Shown here one piece after another: positions 38,241-49,084 of a stretch of 64,000 nt of DNA. The translations under genes and the position numbers were made by a program. Every line of letters starts with the position of its first letter. Within the stretch, counting starts at the first letter, position 1. Source of the stretch: Bacillales bacterium UBA4278 (GTDB lineage: Bacteria; Bacillota_I; Bacilli_A; RFN20; CAG-826). The stretch is from the NCBI GenBank assembly GCA_002395065.1, contig DGVS01000007.1, positions 67,981-131,980 of the forward strand, given 5' to 3'. A model generated the notes under the pieces. The model did not search any database and was not told the DNA's origin. It saw nothing but the letters and a program-made list of their open reading frames with translations.

Positions 38241-40133
38241 ATGGCATTTGGAATTCTATACGATTTCTTAATGGGACAAACAATCGAGGCCCACAACTAC
38301 TTTGGGGCTCATTTTGTCGATGGTGGTGTGGTTTTCCGTTTATATGCTCCTTGTGCCAATGATGTCTCGGTTATCGGTGAATGGAATAACTGGGACGTTG
38401 GCGCAAACAAAATGAGCCGTGTTGATGATAGTGGAGTTTGGGAAGTTTTCGTTCCAAATCTAAGTAACTATCAAAGATATAAATTTCATTTTATGAATGC
38501 TCAAGGTCGATATGTTGATAAGATTGATCCATACGCATTCTATAGCGAACTTCGTCCAGGAACATGTTCTCGCCTTTTTGATATTCGCAATTTTGCTTGG
38601 CATGATGATGAATGGATGAAAAAGAGAACAAGAAACTTTGATTCCCCAATGTCCATCTATGAAATGCATCTTGGTTCTTGGATTGATCAACCATTTGATG
38701 GACATATTCATTCCTACGAAGAAATTGCTGATCGATTAATTCCTTACCTTAAAGGTATGGGTTATACACACGTTGAAATGATGCCTCTAGTTCAACATCC
38801 ATTTGATGGTTCCTGGGGTTATCAAGGAACAGGATTCTTCTCCGTTGATTCTCGATACGGAAATCCATTCCAGCTCATGTCTTTGGTAGACCGACTTCAT
38901 CAAGCTGGAATCGGATGTATCATTGATTTTGCTCCAGTCCACTTTGCTAAAGACAAATGGGCTTTATGTAGATATGATGGTTCATATTTGTATGAATATT
39001 CTAATAAATACCGTGTTTCTCCATGGGGAAGTTATCAATTTGATTTAGGTAAAGACCCGGTCCGTAGCTTTTTGATGAGCGCGATGAACTACTTTGTTGA
39101 TTACTACCATTTTGATGGAGTTCGCGTTGATGCTGTTGCGAACATTGTTTATTACAATGGAGATTCATCAATCGGCACTAATGAGGGAGCAGTAGAGTTT
39201 ATCAAACGACTTAATGCGAAGATGCATATTGCTCATAATTCAGTGATGATGATTGCTGAGGACTCCACAGCCTATAGCGGAACAACTCGACCAACTGAAT
39301 ACGGTGGGCTTGGTTTTGACTACAAATGGGACCTTGGATGGATGAATGATACTTTAAAGTATTATTCCAAAGATCCAGTTTATAAAAAGTACGAACATAA
39401 TAAGCTCACATTCTCGATGGCTTATTTCTACAGCGATAACTTTATGCTTCCTCTTTCTCATGACGAAGTTGTCCATGGAAAGGGAACTATTATTAATAAG
39501 ATGTGGGGTGATTATCACGAGAAATTCGCTTTGATCAGAAACCTCTATACATACCAATTTGGTCACCCTGGAAAGAAACTCAATTTTATGGGTAACGAGT
39601 TTGCAACATTTGATGAATGGAACGAAGCCCGTGGCCTTGCTTGGGGCGTGAAACAGTTCCCAATGCATAACGCTGTAACAAAATTAGTTCATGATTTAAA
39701 TTTCCTTTACCAAAAGGAAAAAGCAATGTATTTTGAAGAGCATAATCCGGTCCATTTTAGATGGCTGATGGTCGACAATGCTGATCAAAGTGTTTTCGCT
39801 TTTGAAAGATGTGTTGATAATGACGTTCTTGTTTTTGTCTATAACATGACTCCTAACTTCTATGAAAACTATACGATTCCAATGCTCCATGAAGGAACAT
39901 TTGAGGAAATCTTTAACTCCGATAAAAAAGAATATGGTGGAGATGACCAATATAACGGACTACCTCTTCAAACAGGACCAGGAAGTTTTGAAGGACTTCC
40001 ACATCATTTAACATTCAAACTTGGTTCATTTACAGCAGCAATTTTTAAGCGTATTGATCCAAATAAAAAAGTCCTGCAAAAATCCGCTATTTCTAAAAAA
40101 TCGCCTGCAAAAACCGAAGGAAAATCAAAATGA
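38241..40133 (+). CDS. glgB: 1,4-alpha-glucan branching enzyme (GH13_9)
   Basis: CBM48-like N-terminus; GVRVDAV, HSVMMIAEDS, LSHDEVVHGKG catalytic blocks. Confidence 0.9.
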   Translation: MAFGILYDFLMGQTIEAHNYFGAHFVDGGVVFRLYAPCANDVSVIGEWNNWDVGANKMSRVDDSGVWEVFVPNLSNYQRYKFHFMNAQGRYVDKIDPYAFYSELRPGTCSRLFDIRNFAWHDDEWMKKRTRNFDSPMSIYEMHLGSWIDQPFDGHIHSYEEIADRLIPYLKGMGYTHVEMMPLVQHPFDGSWGYQGTGFFSVDSRYGNPFQLMSLVDRLHQAGIGCIIDFAPVHFAKDKWALCRYDGSYLYEYSNKYRVSPWGSYQFDLGKDPVRSFLMSAMNYFVDYYHFDGVRVDAVANIVYYNGDSSIGTNEGAVEFIKRLNAKMHIAHNSVMMIAEDSTAYSGTTRPTEYGGLGFDYKWDLGWMNDTLKYYSKDPVYKKYEHNKLTFSMAYFYSDNFMLPLSHDEVVHGKGTIINKMWGDYHEKFALIRNLYTYQFGHPGKKLNFMGNEFATFDEWNEARGLAWGVKQFPMHNAVTKLVHDLNFLYQKEKAMYFEEHNPVHFRWLMVDNADQSVFAFERCVDNDVLVFVYNMTPNFYENYTIPMLHEGTFEEIFNSDKKEYGGDDQYNGLPLQTGPGSFEGLPHHLTFKLGSFTAAIFKRIDPNKKVLQKSAISKKSPAKTEGKSK

Positions 40134-40537
40134 GAACATTCTGGTATAAGTATAAATCACACATTATTACATTCCTAGTTAGCCTTGTTTTTGGTGCCGG
40201 AATTTTCTGCCTTTATTTCTTCTTAAAAGATCAAAGTTTAAGAGCAGCAGTCGATGCTTGTTCAATCGCTGGAGTGGCCTTGATTGGCGCTGGATTAATA
40301 GTGATTATTACCCGTCTTGGAGCCTTTGATACGTTTGCTTTTGGTTTCAAACAATTGTTCACATCGATGTTTAATCGTGATCCGAATGCATATAACTCTA
40401 TGGCGGATTATAAACTGCAAAAATATGACGAACGACAAAAGAAGAAAAAGACCTATTTAATGCTCTTTTTATCTGGTCTTCTTTACCTTCTCGCAGTCGT
40501 TGTTTTAGAGATCATTTTAGGTCTAAATATTAAATAA
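40130..40537 (+). CDS. Small membrane protein (3 TM), function unknown
   Basis: Overlaps glgB stop by 4 nt; hydrophobic helices. Confidence 0.5.
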   Translation: MRTFWYKYKSHIITFLVSLVFGAGIFCLYFFLKDQSLRAAVDACSIAGVALIGAGLIVIITRLGAFDTFAFGFKQLFTSMFNRDPNAYNSMADYKLQKYDERQKKKKTYLMLFLSGLLYLLAVVVLEIILGLNIK

Positions 40538-40552
40538 GTTTTCACACAAATA

Positions 40553-40648
40553 TGTGCTCACAAATGTGCCTATGCACAATTTTTATTATTGCATACTCGC
40601 ACAGTGGTATATATAATATACGCAATTACTATTATCGTGTACTCGCAC
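40553..40648 (+). promoter_or_regulatory. Promoter region of S8 protease gene: dyad TGTGC-N4-GCACA (40565-40578), TTGCAT-17-TGgTATATATAAT promoter, and direct repeat ATACTCGCAC (40593-40602 / 40639-40648) bracketing the -10
   Basis: Seen directly. Confidence 0.4.
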
Positions 40649-40663
40649 GAAGGAGGTAATGTT

Positions 40664-43600
40664 ATGAAGAAAAGTCGATTACTCTGCGGCGTAATTGCAA
40701 CTATGTCTTTAGGAACAATCGGTGTCTCAACTGGTGCAATCAAGTCTGTTGAAGCATTAGAGCCTGATACTCGGGTGATTGTTAAACTCAACAAAGACAT
40801 TGAGGATATTTCTTCTGAGGAAGCTATATCCCAACAAGAAAAACTCTTTTCTCGTATTCGTTATGCCGTTAATCCAAATGTTGAATTGATTAACCATTTT
40901 AATGTTCTCAATAACGCGATGACCATTAAGGTTAACAAGGAAGATATTAAGAAAATCGAAGAACTTTCTGGTGTTGAAAAGGTCTATAAAGATAAATTTC
41001 ACGTCAAGAAATCTAACACTAAAGGTACTACTTTTAAGGTTAAGAAAGCCGCAACTGACGAAATTGATCAAAATGAAAACGTTTCCGCTCGAACCATGCG
41101 CAAGCCGGGTTATGATGACGGAACAGGTAACATTCTTCCAGGAACCACATATGATGGTGAAGGAACTGTTGTTGCGATTTTGGACAATGAATTCTACTTC
41201 CAAGGTGAAACAAGCGAATCTGCTGCTTGGCACCACGAAGTCTTTGAACCACTTGATGAAAGCGTCAATGTCCGTTTCAAAAAAGGCGAATGGAACACAA
41301 AGTACAAAACTAAGTTCCAACTATTCTTAAATGCTTATAAGAACAGTGATACTTCTAGTGGTCTTAAGTTAGACCAACCAGGAAAAGAAGGATCCCTTTA
41401 CTTTAATAGTAAGGTTCCATTCTATTATGACTATGGTGGTTCATCCGAAACTGGAAATAGTTCTGATGCTATTCCAGATTTTGATGTCCATAGTGATCTC
41501 GACTACCATGGTAGTCACGTTGCATCAATTACTGCTGCTAACGCTCCTGAATACAAAGGAATCGCTCCAAAAGCCCAATTAGCTTGTATGAAAGTCTTCA
41601 CTGAATACAAGGCTGGTGATATTGCTAAAGAATTAGGCTTTGGTGATAGTAATGGAGGTTATGATTCCTGCATTCTTCAAGCTCTTGAAGACTGCCGTAC
41701 ACTTGGTGTTGATGGAATCAACATGTCCCTTGGTAGTGACTTAAGTGAATTTGACGATGATGATCTCGCGATGGAAACCATTCGAAAGATGGTTGAGGAA
41801 GATAGCATCTTAACATCCATTTCTAATGGTAATGCTGGTAAGGATTCCTATGCCTTCGCTGGTGGATACGCTAACTGGACAAACGAAATGGTCGAAACCG
41901 GTATTCTTGGTAGCTATGCTAACAATCCAGCTTCGATGTCCATTGGTAGTGCTCACCCAGATTATATTTACTATAAGACCGGTATTAGATGTGAAGACGC
42001 CAATATCGCTTATGATGACCAAATCGTTAATAACGAACGTTATCCAAGTGAATATGATACCGAATTCAAGATGCGTGATCTTGTCGCAAGTCTTGAAGAC
42101 AAACTTGAATGGGTTTATGTTCCAGGTTTCGGTACTGTCAACGACTATAACAGTGTCAAAGTTGATGGTAAGATTGCGGTTGTTAACCGTGGATCCATCT
42201 CCTTTGCTGATAAATATGCTAACGCTGTCAGTAAAGGTGCTAAAGGTCTGTTCATCATTAATAACGACCCAACTGAAACAGACTTTACATTCCGTTGCTC
42301 GTTTGGTGATGACTTCTATCCAACAATGCCTTGTGCTGTTGTCTTGTTTAAAGACAAACCATATTTTGAAACGAAACGTTCAGGTTCATTTACCTTTATT
42401 GAAAAAGAACTTTCTAAAGATAGTGCTGCTCGCACAATGTCATCCTTCTCTAGTGATGGTGCACGTAGTGACCTAGATATTAAGCCAGAAATTACTGCTC
42501 CAGGTGATATTATCCGTGGTGCTGTTCCACCTCAAACTGCTGAAGATAAGGCAGATACTCCTTTAACAACATATGAGTACCTTTCAGGTACTTCTATGTC
42601 CGCACCAAACTATGCTGGTGCTCAATCTGTTGTTCTTTCAAAAGTTAGCGGACCACTCATCCAAGATGGTGAACTTAGTGATGCTGACTTAAAAGTTATT
42701 AAAGAAGAACGCAAAAAAGTGAACATGCGTTTAATGTCCACAGCTAACCCAATGAACGATGCGGAAGCTAATCCTGAAACAGGAAAAGTTAATTACGCTT
42801 CTCCACGTGTGCAAGGTGCTGGTATGGCGGACATTTATGGCGCACTCAACTCTAAAGTCTACCTTGAAGGATTTAAGGTTGTTAATGGAGAAGAAGTCGG
42901 TTTAGGTAAATCCAAGATCGAGCTCCACAACAATGCTGATATCAACAAAGGTGACGTGAAACTCTCCTTCTACGCTCATAACGAAGGAACTGAAACTCTT
43001 AATTACAAAGTAAAACTGACTGTGATGCGTCCTGCTCAAGCCGAAAACAACAAGATCATTACAGATGATTACAATTACCTCGGAGAAGTTGATTCTTTTG
43101 AAAAACTTCCTGGTATTCAATACTACGATGACTCCTATAAGGAAGTTGTTTACACCCAAGGTACTGCTTCATATAAAGATGTTTATAAAGTTACTAAACA
43201 GTTGAAGTATTACCGTACCGAAGAGGACTTTAAGGCGGAAACAAATCCGGTCATCATTGAACCAGATACTTACTATGTAAGTAGCCAAGTTGTTGATGCC
43301 AGTGAAGGCGTTGTTTATGAATCACTTCCAACTCACAAATATTTATCCACCAAAGACGTTGTCTTAGATGTCATTGAAGGACAAAGCGTGAGCATTCAAC
43401 CAGGCAAATCAAAAATCACGATTAACCCATATTCCTTAAAGGATGAAGATAAACGCGCCATCCTTGAAGCCTACCAATATGGAACATACATTGAAGGCTT
43501 TGTTGAACTCATCGCCGATGGCTTCTATGAAGACCTCTCGATGCCATTCCTTGGTTTCTATGGTGGTGGAGACGTCATTGAAGGACAAACTTATAGTTCT

Positions 43601-44794
43601 GCTCCAATCGTCGAGGAATTCCAATTCGAAAAGAAATATGGGCAAATCTATCCAAGCGATCTAATTAATGACGCCGCAAAACTCCTTGTCGGTAAAGATA
43701 ACACTGACATGGGTTCATTATGGATGGTCGGTTATGCCGATTCTCCAGATTCCATCTCCACAGATCAGATTTTAAAGAATGATCGTAACATTACCCAACT
43801 CAATGGATTCTATCCAGTTGGTACTGATCCTCTCACATTTAGTGATGATGATGCCGCGAACAACATTTATGTTGGTAATGCTGAAAAGACCAACACAATG
43901 ATTATTCAACAGTTCGTCTTACGATCTGTGAGAAACAACTACTTTACAATCACGAATAAAGAAACTGGTAAAGTCGTTTATCGTTCCGCATTAGAAGATA
44001 TGCTTTATGGAACAACAAACGACGAGTACGCCTTATATAAGTCCCATCTTGAAGGTGGCTACCTCAGTGGTGGTTATGTCGCTCATAGAGCGTTCGCCAT
44101 TGTGCCTCTCTATGATGAGTCGACTCGTGCAAGATTCCCAGATGGTAGTTATGAGATTAAGTTTAATTATCAACTCAACGCCACTGGAGAATGGATTTCT
44201 AAATCCTATAACATGCACTTCGATAACACCCCACCAAAGGTGACTAAACTTTATCAACACGAAGGAAAAGTTCGTATTGAAGTCCAAGATGCTGCATTAT
44301 CTTATCTCACTGTTGGTTATACCAACATTCCAATGGAATATGATGAGAAACGCCAAGTCTACTTTGTTGATATTGATCCAGACTTCATTGAATCAAGCAT
44401 CAGCGAGCTTGGACGTACACTTGATGGACAATATCGTCTCTATTTAAGCCCAGTGGACAAAGCATTTGGCTCGAGTGGAGCGATTATCCACTTTAAAGAA
44501 ACTGGCAATTATGATGACTTCACAATTGTCCAGAATCGTTATTTAAAATCCAACCACGACTTTAAAGTCGGTGAAGATGGCAAGATCACATTCATCGAAA
44601 TCGATGATTATGGCATGGAACATGTTGTGACCTTTGACTCAACAATCTCTGTTGCGGAAGGTCATAAACCTGATGCATCCAAAGATCTCGCTGTCGCCAT
44701 CACCGTTCCAGTTGTGATTGGTGCCGCATTATTTATCGGAGGCACTATTGTGATTACCAAAGGTCTCCGTCGAAAACGCTTAAGAAAACATTAA
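40664..44794 (+). CDS. Cell-envelope subtilisin-like serine protease (S8, lactocepin/PrtP-like) with PA domain and C-terminal TM anchor
   Basis: AGGAGG RBS before ATG 40664; signal peptide; catalytic triad blocks VAILDNEF (Asp), HGSHVASI (His), GTSMSAPNYAG (Ser); C-terminal hydrophobic anchor + RRKRLRKH. Confidence 0.85.
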   Translation: MKKSRLLCGVIATMSLGTIGVSTGAIKSVEALEPDTRVIVKLNKDIEDISSEEAISQQEKLFSRIRYAVNPNVELINHFNVLNNAMTIKVNKEDIKKIEELSGVEKVYKDKFHVKKSNTKGTTFKVKKAATDEIDQNENVSARTMRKPGYDDGTGNILPGTTYDGEGTVVAILDNEFYFQGETSESAAWHHEVFEPLDESVNVRFKKGEWNTKYKTKFQLFLNAYKNSDTSSGLKLDQPGKEGSLYFNSKVPFYYDYGGSSETGNSSDAIPDFDVHSDLDYHGSHVASITAANAPEYKGIAPKAQLACMKVFTEYKAGDIAKELGFGDSNGGYDSCILQALEDCRTLGVDGINMSLGSDLSEFDDDDLAMETIRKMVEEDSILTSISNGNAGKDSYAFAGGYANWTNEMVETGILGSYANNPASMSIGSAHPDYIYYKTGIRCEDANIAYDDQIVNNERYPSEYDTEFKMRDLVASLEDKLEWVYVPGFGTVNDYNSVKVDGKIAVVNRGSISFADKYANAVSKGAKGLFIINNDPTETDFTFRCSFGDDFYPTMPCAVVLFKDKPYFETKRSGSFTFIEKELSKDSAARTMSSFSSDGARSDLDIKPEITAPGDIIRGAVPPQTAEDKADTPLTTYEYLSGTSMSAPNYAGAQSVVLSKVSGPLIQDGELSDADLKVIKEERKKVNMRLMSTANPMNDAEANPETGKVNYASPRVQGAGMADIYGALNSKVYLEGFKVVNGEEVGLGKSKIELHNNADINKGDVKLSFYAHNEGTETLNYKVKLTVMRPAQAENNKIITDDYNYLGEVDSFEKLPGIQYYDDSYKEVVYTQGTASYKDVYKVTKQLKYYRTEEDFKAETNPVIIEPDTYYVSSQVVDASEGVVYESLPTHKYLSTKDVVLDVIEGQSVSIQPGKSKITINPYSLKDEDKRAILEAYQYGTYIEGFVELIADGFYEDLSMPFLGFYGGGDVIEGQTYSSAPIVEEFQFEKKYGQIYPSDLINDAAKLLVGKDNTDMGSLWMVGYADSPDSISTDQILKNDRNITQLNGFYPVGTDPLTFSDDDAANNIYVGNAEKTNTMIIQQFVLRSVRNNYFTITNKETGKVVYRSALEDMLYGTTNDEYALYKSHLEGGYLSGGYVAHRAFAIVPLYDESTRARFPDGSYEIKFNYQLNATGEWISKSYNMHFDNTPPKVTKLYQHEGKVRIEVQDAALSYLTVGYTNIPMEYDEKRQVYFVDIDPDFIESSISELGRTLDGQYRLYLSPVDKAFGSSGAIIHFKETGNYDDFTIVQNRYLKSNHDFKVGEDGKITFIEIDDYGMEHVVTFDSTISVAEGHKPDASKDLAVAITVPVVIGAALFIGGTIVITKGLRRKRLRKH

Positions 44795-44809
44795 TTAGGA
44801 GGTAAACGA

Positions 44810-47800
44810 ATGAAAAAAACTCACATTATATCATTTGCTTTTGCTGCCCTAATGAGTGTTGCAGCTCTTTCAGGCTGTTCGAAAAATGGAAGTGATATTC
44901 CACTTGAGTTCGACTTCTCCATTGGTATTGAAGGTGATTATTCCGCGTTAGAGATCTCTGATCAAAAGTATCGCCTTGTTGTCTATGACAACGGTGTAGA
45001 TACCCAACGTCGTGAATACACTTACAAATCATCTAATGAAGCCTACGCAAGTGTCGTACCAACCACAGGTTTTATTACCACACACGCACCAGGACGAGTC
45101 CGATTTACGGTCACCGAAACTAGATCTGGTATTGAAGAATACAAGGTCATTAACGTTATCGAAGCTTCGGATAAAGCAACTGGTGGATATAACTATTCCG
45201 CAGCCGCAACAGAAGAGCAAATTGATGAACGTACAGAAATCCTTGGCAAACTAGAAAAGTATGCCATGGACACACATTTAACTGGTATTTCTCTATTTGA
45301 GAATGGCGGTTATGTCTGTTATAGCGATCGTTCCCATGATTTACTTGGTGATCGTCGTTATGTCACCGGCTTTGGTTATGGTCTACTTTCTGATAGTGAT
45401 CCATTTACTGAACCACTTTCTGGTAGTGCCGTTGATAAAGAATTTCCACTTTACTACCACACCGCAAGTAGTTCTGACCCATTAACAATTAATGCGTTAG
45501 ATGCTTCTGGTAGCCAAGTTAGTGATCTATCTGGCTACATTACTTCAAGTTACTTCTCCACGAAGTTAAACAATGAAGGCACAAACGCGATTTGGTATCC
45601 GCTTTTAGCGGATCGTAACGCACACGTTACTGATCCAGAAACCGATAACCCAATGATGTTCCATCTTGGACCAAAGAACGGTTCTGGAATGTATACTGGC
45701 TGGAGAATCTATGTCCGTACCGACTTAGCTTATAAGTATAATGGTACCTTAGCTAACCCAGATCCAGCTTACCAATCATTTAACAACTACCCAGTGAAAT
45801 TAGCTGACTACGAATTCGCCCTTCGTTTCCTTTTAACAGGTTCACATAACCTCAAACGTGGTAACGAAATGGCCGCGGATACTTCGTATGGTATTAAAGG
45901 CGCCAATAGCTACAACGCTTTGACTAAGTCATCGACCAGTGACGCCTTTAATGAAACAACCTGGGAAAACATGAAGAAGAGCCATAAGCTCGGTATTCGT
46001 ACTGGTGAAGTCACTGCTGATAAACCAGAGGTTTATGAAGGTGAAGGAAGAAACTATCCAGTTGGTAAATACATTGAGTTTGAATTAATCAACCCAATTG
46101 ACTCATTTACCGCGATGTATACTCTTTCCTCTTCGCTTTATTCACCTCTTCCAAAGGAATTCATCCAGAAGATTGGCGCCCGTGCTGATGGTGAAATTGA
46201 TGATGAATCGATCAAACGTGCTTCCAAACGTTATGGAACATTCAACAATAACGATACTGTTCCTTCACAAATGAAGAACAACATTGTTGAATCAACCATC
46301 TGTTTAGGTGCTTACTACTTAAATAAATGGGATAAGGAAACACGTATTGTGTTTACCCATAACACTGATTGGTTCGAATACAAAGAAGGACGTTACCAAA
46401 TCGAAGGTGTTCGTATGCGTATCAACACCTCGATTAACGAAAACCCAGACGCCTACTATAACGACTTTATTAATGGTAACCTCGACTCCTGTTCTCTCCC
46501 ACAAAAACACTTAAAGGAGAAGAGTAACGTTGAATTACATTGTCGTAAGGTGCCAGGTGACTCGGTCTTTAAACTAAATGTTAACTCTTGTACAAGAGAA
46601 CAATGGGACGAAAGATTCGGCCCAAGTGGAAAGATTTCTGCTGGACACTCCTGGGATGTTAAACCTTGGATGTCGAACGATGCGTTCTTAAATGGTTTAT
46701 TCTGGTCGATTGACCGTAAATCATTCGCTGAAAAACGTGGTGTTGAACCATCGATTAACTATTTTTCTGATAGTTACATGTCTTATCCACAAAAGAATAT
46801 TTCTTATAACTCCACCCAAGCGCATAAAGATGCGGTGAAGTCATACCATAACGTGATCAACAAAGGTGGAGAACAAATTGATGACTACGGCTATAACAAA
46901 GATAAAGCCGTAACATATTTTAAAACCGCTGTTTCACAACTTGTGAAACAAGGCAAACTGAACTACGGTACTAGTGAAAATCCAACCGTGATCAAGATTG
47001 AAATCTGGTGGATGTATCAATCAGATATTACTGATTATGGTACCGATATTAAGGGTTATTTTGAAACAGCATTCAATGATCCAAGTGTCTCGCATGGACG
47101 TATTAAATTAAATGTTGTTAATAACGCTGTTACCGTGTGGGAATACGTTTATGACCAACACCTCCAAGTCGGTGAATTTGACCTCGGCTTTGGTGCGATT
47201 AGTGGTAACACATATAACCCATTAAACTTCTTAGAAGTTTTAAAATCAGATAACTCTTCAACATTCACTTTGAACTGGGGTGCTGATACTTCCAAGATCG
47301 ATGACCGTTATCCTCTTGTATATAAGGATAATAAATATTCATTTGATGCTCTTTGGGAAGTTGCTGACCATGGTGGTGTTGTGAAAGACGGTGTTAACGT
47401 CAAACCTGTTGAAGAATGTTATCTTTCAACATTCTCCACTCTTTCTAGCGGCTCAGCTAAGACTGATACTAGCGTAGAACTTGAATACAAGTTCGTTGAA
47501 GACGTTGGTGAGTCTGTCAAGTTTGCGATGGAATCCGTGTCTCTTTACGTTATTGGCGGCCAAATCTTCGGAGAAGATGATGGTGTTTCATACGATAAAG
47601 ACGCACACATGATTACATTAACTTACGATGCCCAGAAAGCCATTGAAGAAAGCATCCAGAAAGCAAATAAATGGGATGCCGCAACATACACGGGAGATGA
47701 AAAGTACAAAGATCACTTGACCCGTGAATGTTATAAGAAATACTGGCTCTTTGACGTCACGTATTCGATTAAGATTGGCGAAGGACAAGAAACACTTAAC

Positions 47801-47848
47801 TCTGTTACCGCCGGTCGTACATCAAGTGATGATCCATATGGATATTAA
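44810..47848 (+). CDS. Very large lipoprotein, putative oligopeptide ABC transporter substrate-binding protein (OppA-like, family 5)
   Basis: Lipobox ALSGC; positioned as first gene of an oppBCDF operon; family assignment by context rather than recognised motif. Confidence 0.55.
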   Translation: MKKTHIISFAFAALMSVAALSGCSKNGSDIPLEFDFSIGIEGDYSALEISDQKYRLVVYDNGVDTQRREYTYKSSNEAYASVVPTTGFITTHAPGRVRFTVTETRSGIEEYKVINVIEASDKATGGYNYSAAATEEQIDERTEILGKLEKYAMDTHLTGISLFENGGYVCYSDRSHDLLGDRRYVTGFGYGLLSDSDPFTEPLSGSAVDKEFPLYYHTASSSDPLTINALDASGSQVSDLSGYITSSYFSTKLNNEGTNAIWYPLLADRNAHVTDPETDNPMMFHLGPKNGSGMYTGWRIYVRTDLAYKYNGTLANPDPAYQSFNNYPVKLADYEFALRFLLTGSHNLKRGNEMAADTSYGIKGANSYNALTKSSTSDAFNETTWENMKKSHKLGIRTGEVTADKPEVYEGEGRNYPVGKYIEFELINPIDSFTAMYTLSSSLYSPLPKEFIQKIGARADGEIDDESIKRASKRYGTFNNNDTVPSQMKNNIVESTICLGAYYLNKWDKETRIVFTHNTDWFEYKEGRYQIEGVRMRINTSINENPDAYYNDFINGNLDSCSLPQKHLKEKSNVELHCRKVPGDSVFKLNVNSCTREQWDERFGPSGKISAGHSWDVKPWMSNDAFLNGLFWSIDRKSFAEKRGVEPSINYFSDSYMSYPQKNISYNSTQAHKDAVKSYHNVINKGGEQIDDYGYNKDKAVTYFKTAVSQLVKQGKLNYGTSENPTVIKIEIWWMYQSDITDYGTDIKGYFETAFNDPSVSHGRIKLNVVNNAVTVWEYVYDQHLQVGEFDLGFGAISGNTYNPLNFLEVLKSDNSSTFTLNWGADTSKIDDRYPLVYKDNKYSFDALWEVADHGGVVKDGVNVKPVEECYLSTFSTLSSGSAKTDTSVELEYKFVEDVGESVKFAMESVSLYVIGGQIFGEDDGVSYDKDAHMITLTYDAQKAIEESIQKANKWDAATYTGDEKYKDHLTRECYKKYWLFDVTYSIKIGEGQETLNSVTAGRTSSDDPYGY

Positions 47849-47867
47849 TAGTGAAAGGAGAAAATTG

Positions 47868-49058
47868 ATGAAAAAGAAAACACATATTCTACTTCTTCCA
47901 CTGATGTTCTTGTTAGTGGGCTGTAATAGCAGTGCACACCAAGAATTTTCACCAAGCGAATCTGGTTCATATTCACCTGTTTCGATTCAGGACCTCTCAT
48001 TCTTTGCTTTAAAGGATGTTGATGTTTCGATTACTGTTGATGAAACATATGAATTACGTTCCATTTTTAATCCAGTGCTTTCACCTCTTCCAAGTGTCAC
48101 ATATGTTTCTAGTGACCCAAGCGTTGTCAGTGTCAGCACTAGCGGAATCATCACCGGAAAAAGTAGCGGTTTTGCAAAAATAACCGCAAATTGCGGTCAA
48201 TTTTCGAGTGAATGTACCGTTAGCGTAACTAAAGCAAACTCGAAAACTACCGCAGTCACGAATTTAAATCAGATTTTTAAGGAACAAAATAAAGAATCCT
48301 TTGTCAAACCTGATTATCTTGCTGTTCATGAACGATCCAATTATGTCCTTTATAAGGATGGCGAAATCATGAACGAAAGTGAAGGCTTTGAAGAGACAGT
48401 CATGTCCAAAGAAAACGCCTATATTTATATTAATGATACATACGAAAAACGCTATGGCGTCGTTGGTGGTAACCCAACTTATTCCGTTGGAATGTGGCTC
48501 TTCTATTGTACCGAGGAATTTGAAACGTTCATTTTCCATGAGACACATGGTGTTCGTCGTTATTTAAAGGTTGACTGTGCGAAATACATCGAGTCTGGTG
48601 ACCGTTGGGGCGCGATTGGCGAAGTGATGGGTAACATCTTTACTAACTATTTCTCCATCTTAGAGCGTCAATACCTCACCGTTGCCGATGCAGCTACACT
48701 CAAATCAGAAGTAATCTCAAACGTCGCGGAGGCTCGTGCTGATGATTATGGCGGTGCCTATGCTAACAGCAAAGATGTCTATAAGAAACAAAAAATGGAT
48801 TACGATTTACAACGCATTTTTGGAATTCCAGCATCTGGTGGACTTTGTGACATCGAGATGAGCGATGAATACTACTTTAGCGATAACTACTGCAAATATT
48901 GTAACTTTGCCCAGGTTACAAGCTATAACTGGAGAGGGAATGACTATGTTTACGACCAACGTGGTTGGAGAGCATACGACATTGAAGCGAAACCTCTATA
49001 TTATCCAGATATTAAAGCGGAAGGTTGGACCGAAGGAGAAGATATCTTTGATATCTAA
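47868..49058 (+). CDS. Lipoprotein with Big_2-like domain inside the opp operon, function unknown
   Basis: GGAG RBS before ATG 47868; lipobox LLVGC; Ig-like VTYVSSDPSVVSVSTSGIITGKSSGFAKITA. Confidence 0.5.
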   Translation: MKKKTHILLLPLMFLLVGCNSSAHQEFSPSESGSYSPVSIQDLSFFALKDVDVSITVDETYELRSIFNPVLSPLPSVTYVSSDPSVVSVSTSGIITGKSSGFAKITANCGQFSSECTVSVTKANSKTTAVTNLNQIFKEQNKESFVKPDYLAVHERSNYVLYKDGEIMNESEGFEETVMSKENAYIYINDTYEKRYGVVGGNPTYSVGMWLFYCTEEFETFIFHETHGVRRYLKVDCAKYIESGDRWGAIGEVMGNIFTNYFSILERQYLTVADAATLKSEVISNVAEARADDYGGAYANSKDVYKKQKMDYDLQRIFGIPASGGLCDIEMSDEYYFSDNYCKYCNFAQVTSYNWRGNDYVYDQRGWRAYDIEAKPLYYPDIKAEGWTEGEDIFDI

Positions 49059-49084
49059 TCTCGTTATTAGGAAAGGAGAAAAAA

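Noticed and set aside
40589-40663. Listed ORF start at 40589 for the S8 protease
   Set aside because: The upstream extension runs through promoter elements and direct repeats. ATG at 40664 is preceded by AGGAGG and followed by a signal peptide.
47724-47867. Listed ORF start at 47724 for the lipoprotein after oppA
   Set aside because: Overlaps the oppA 3' end. ATG 47868 has a GGAG RBS and starts a lipoprotein signal peptide.
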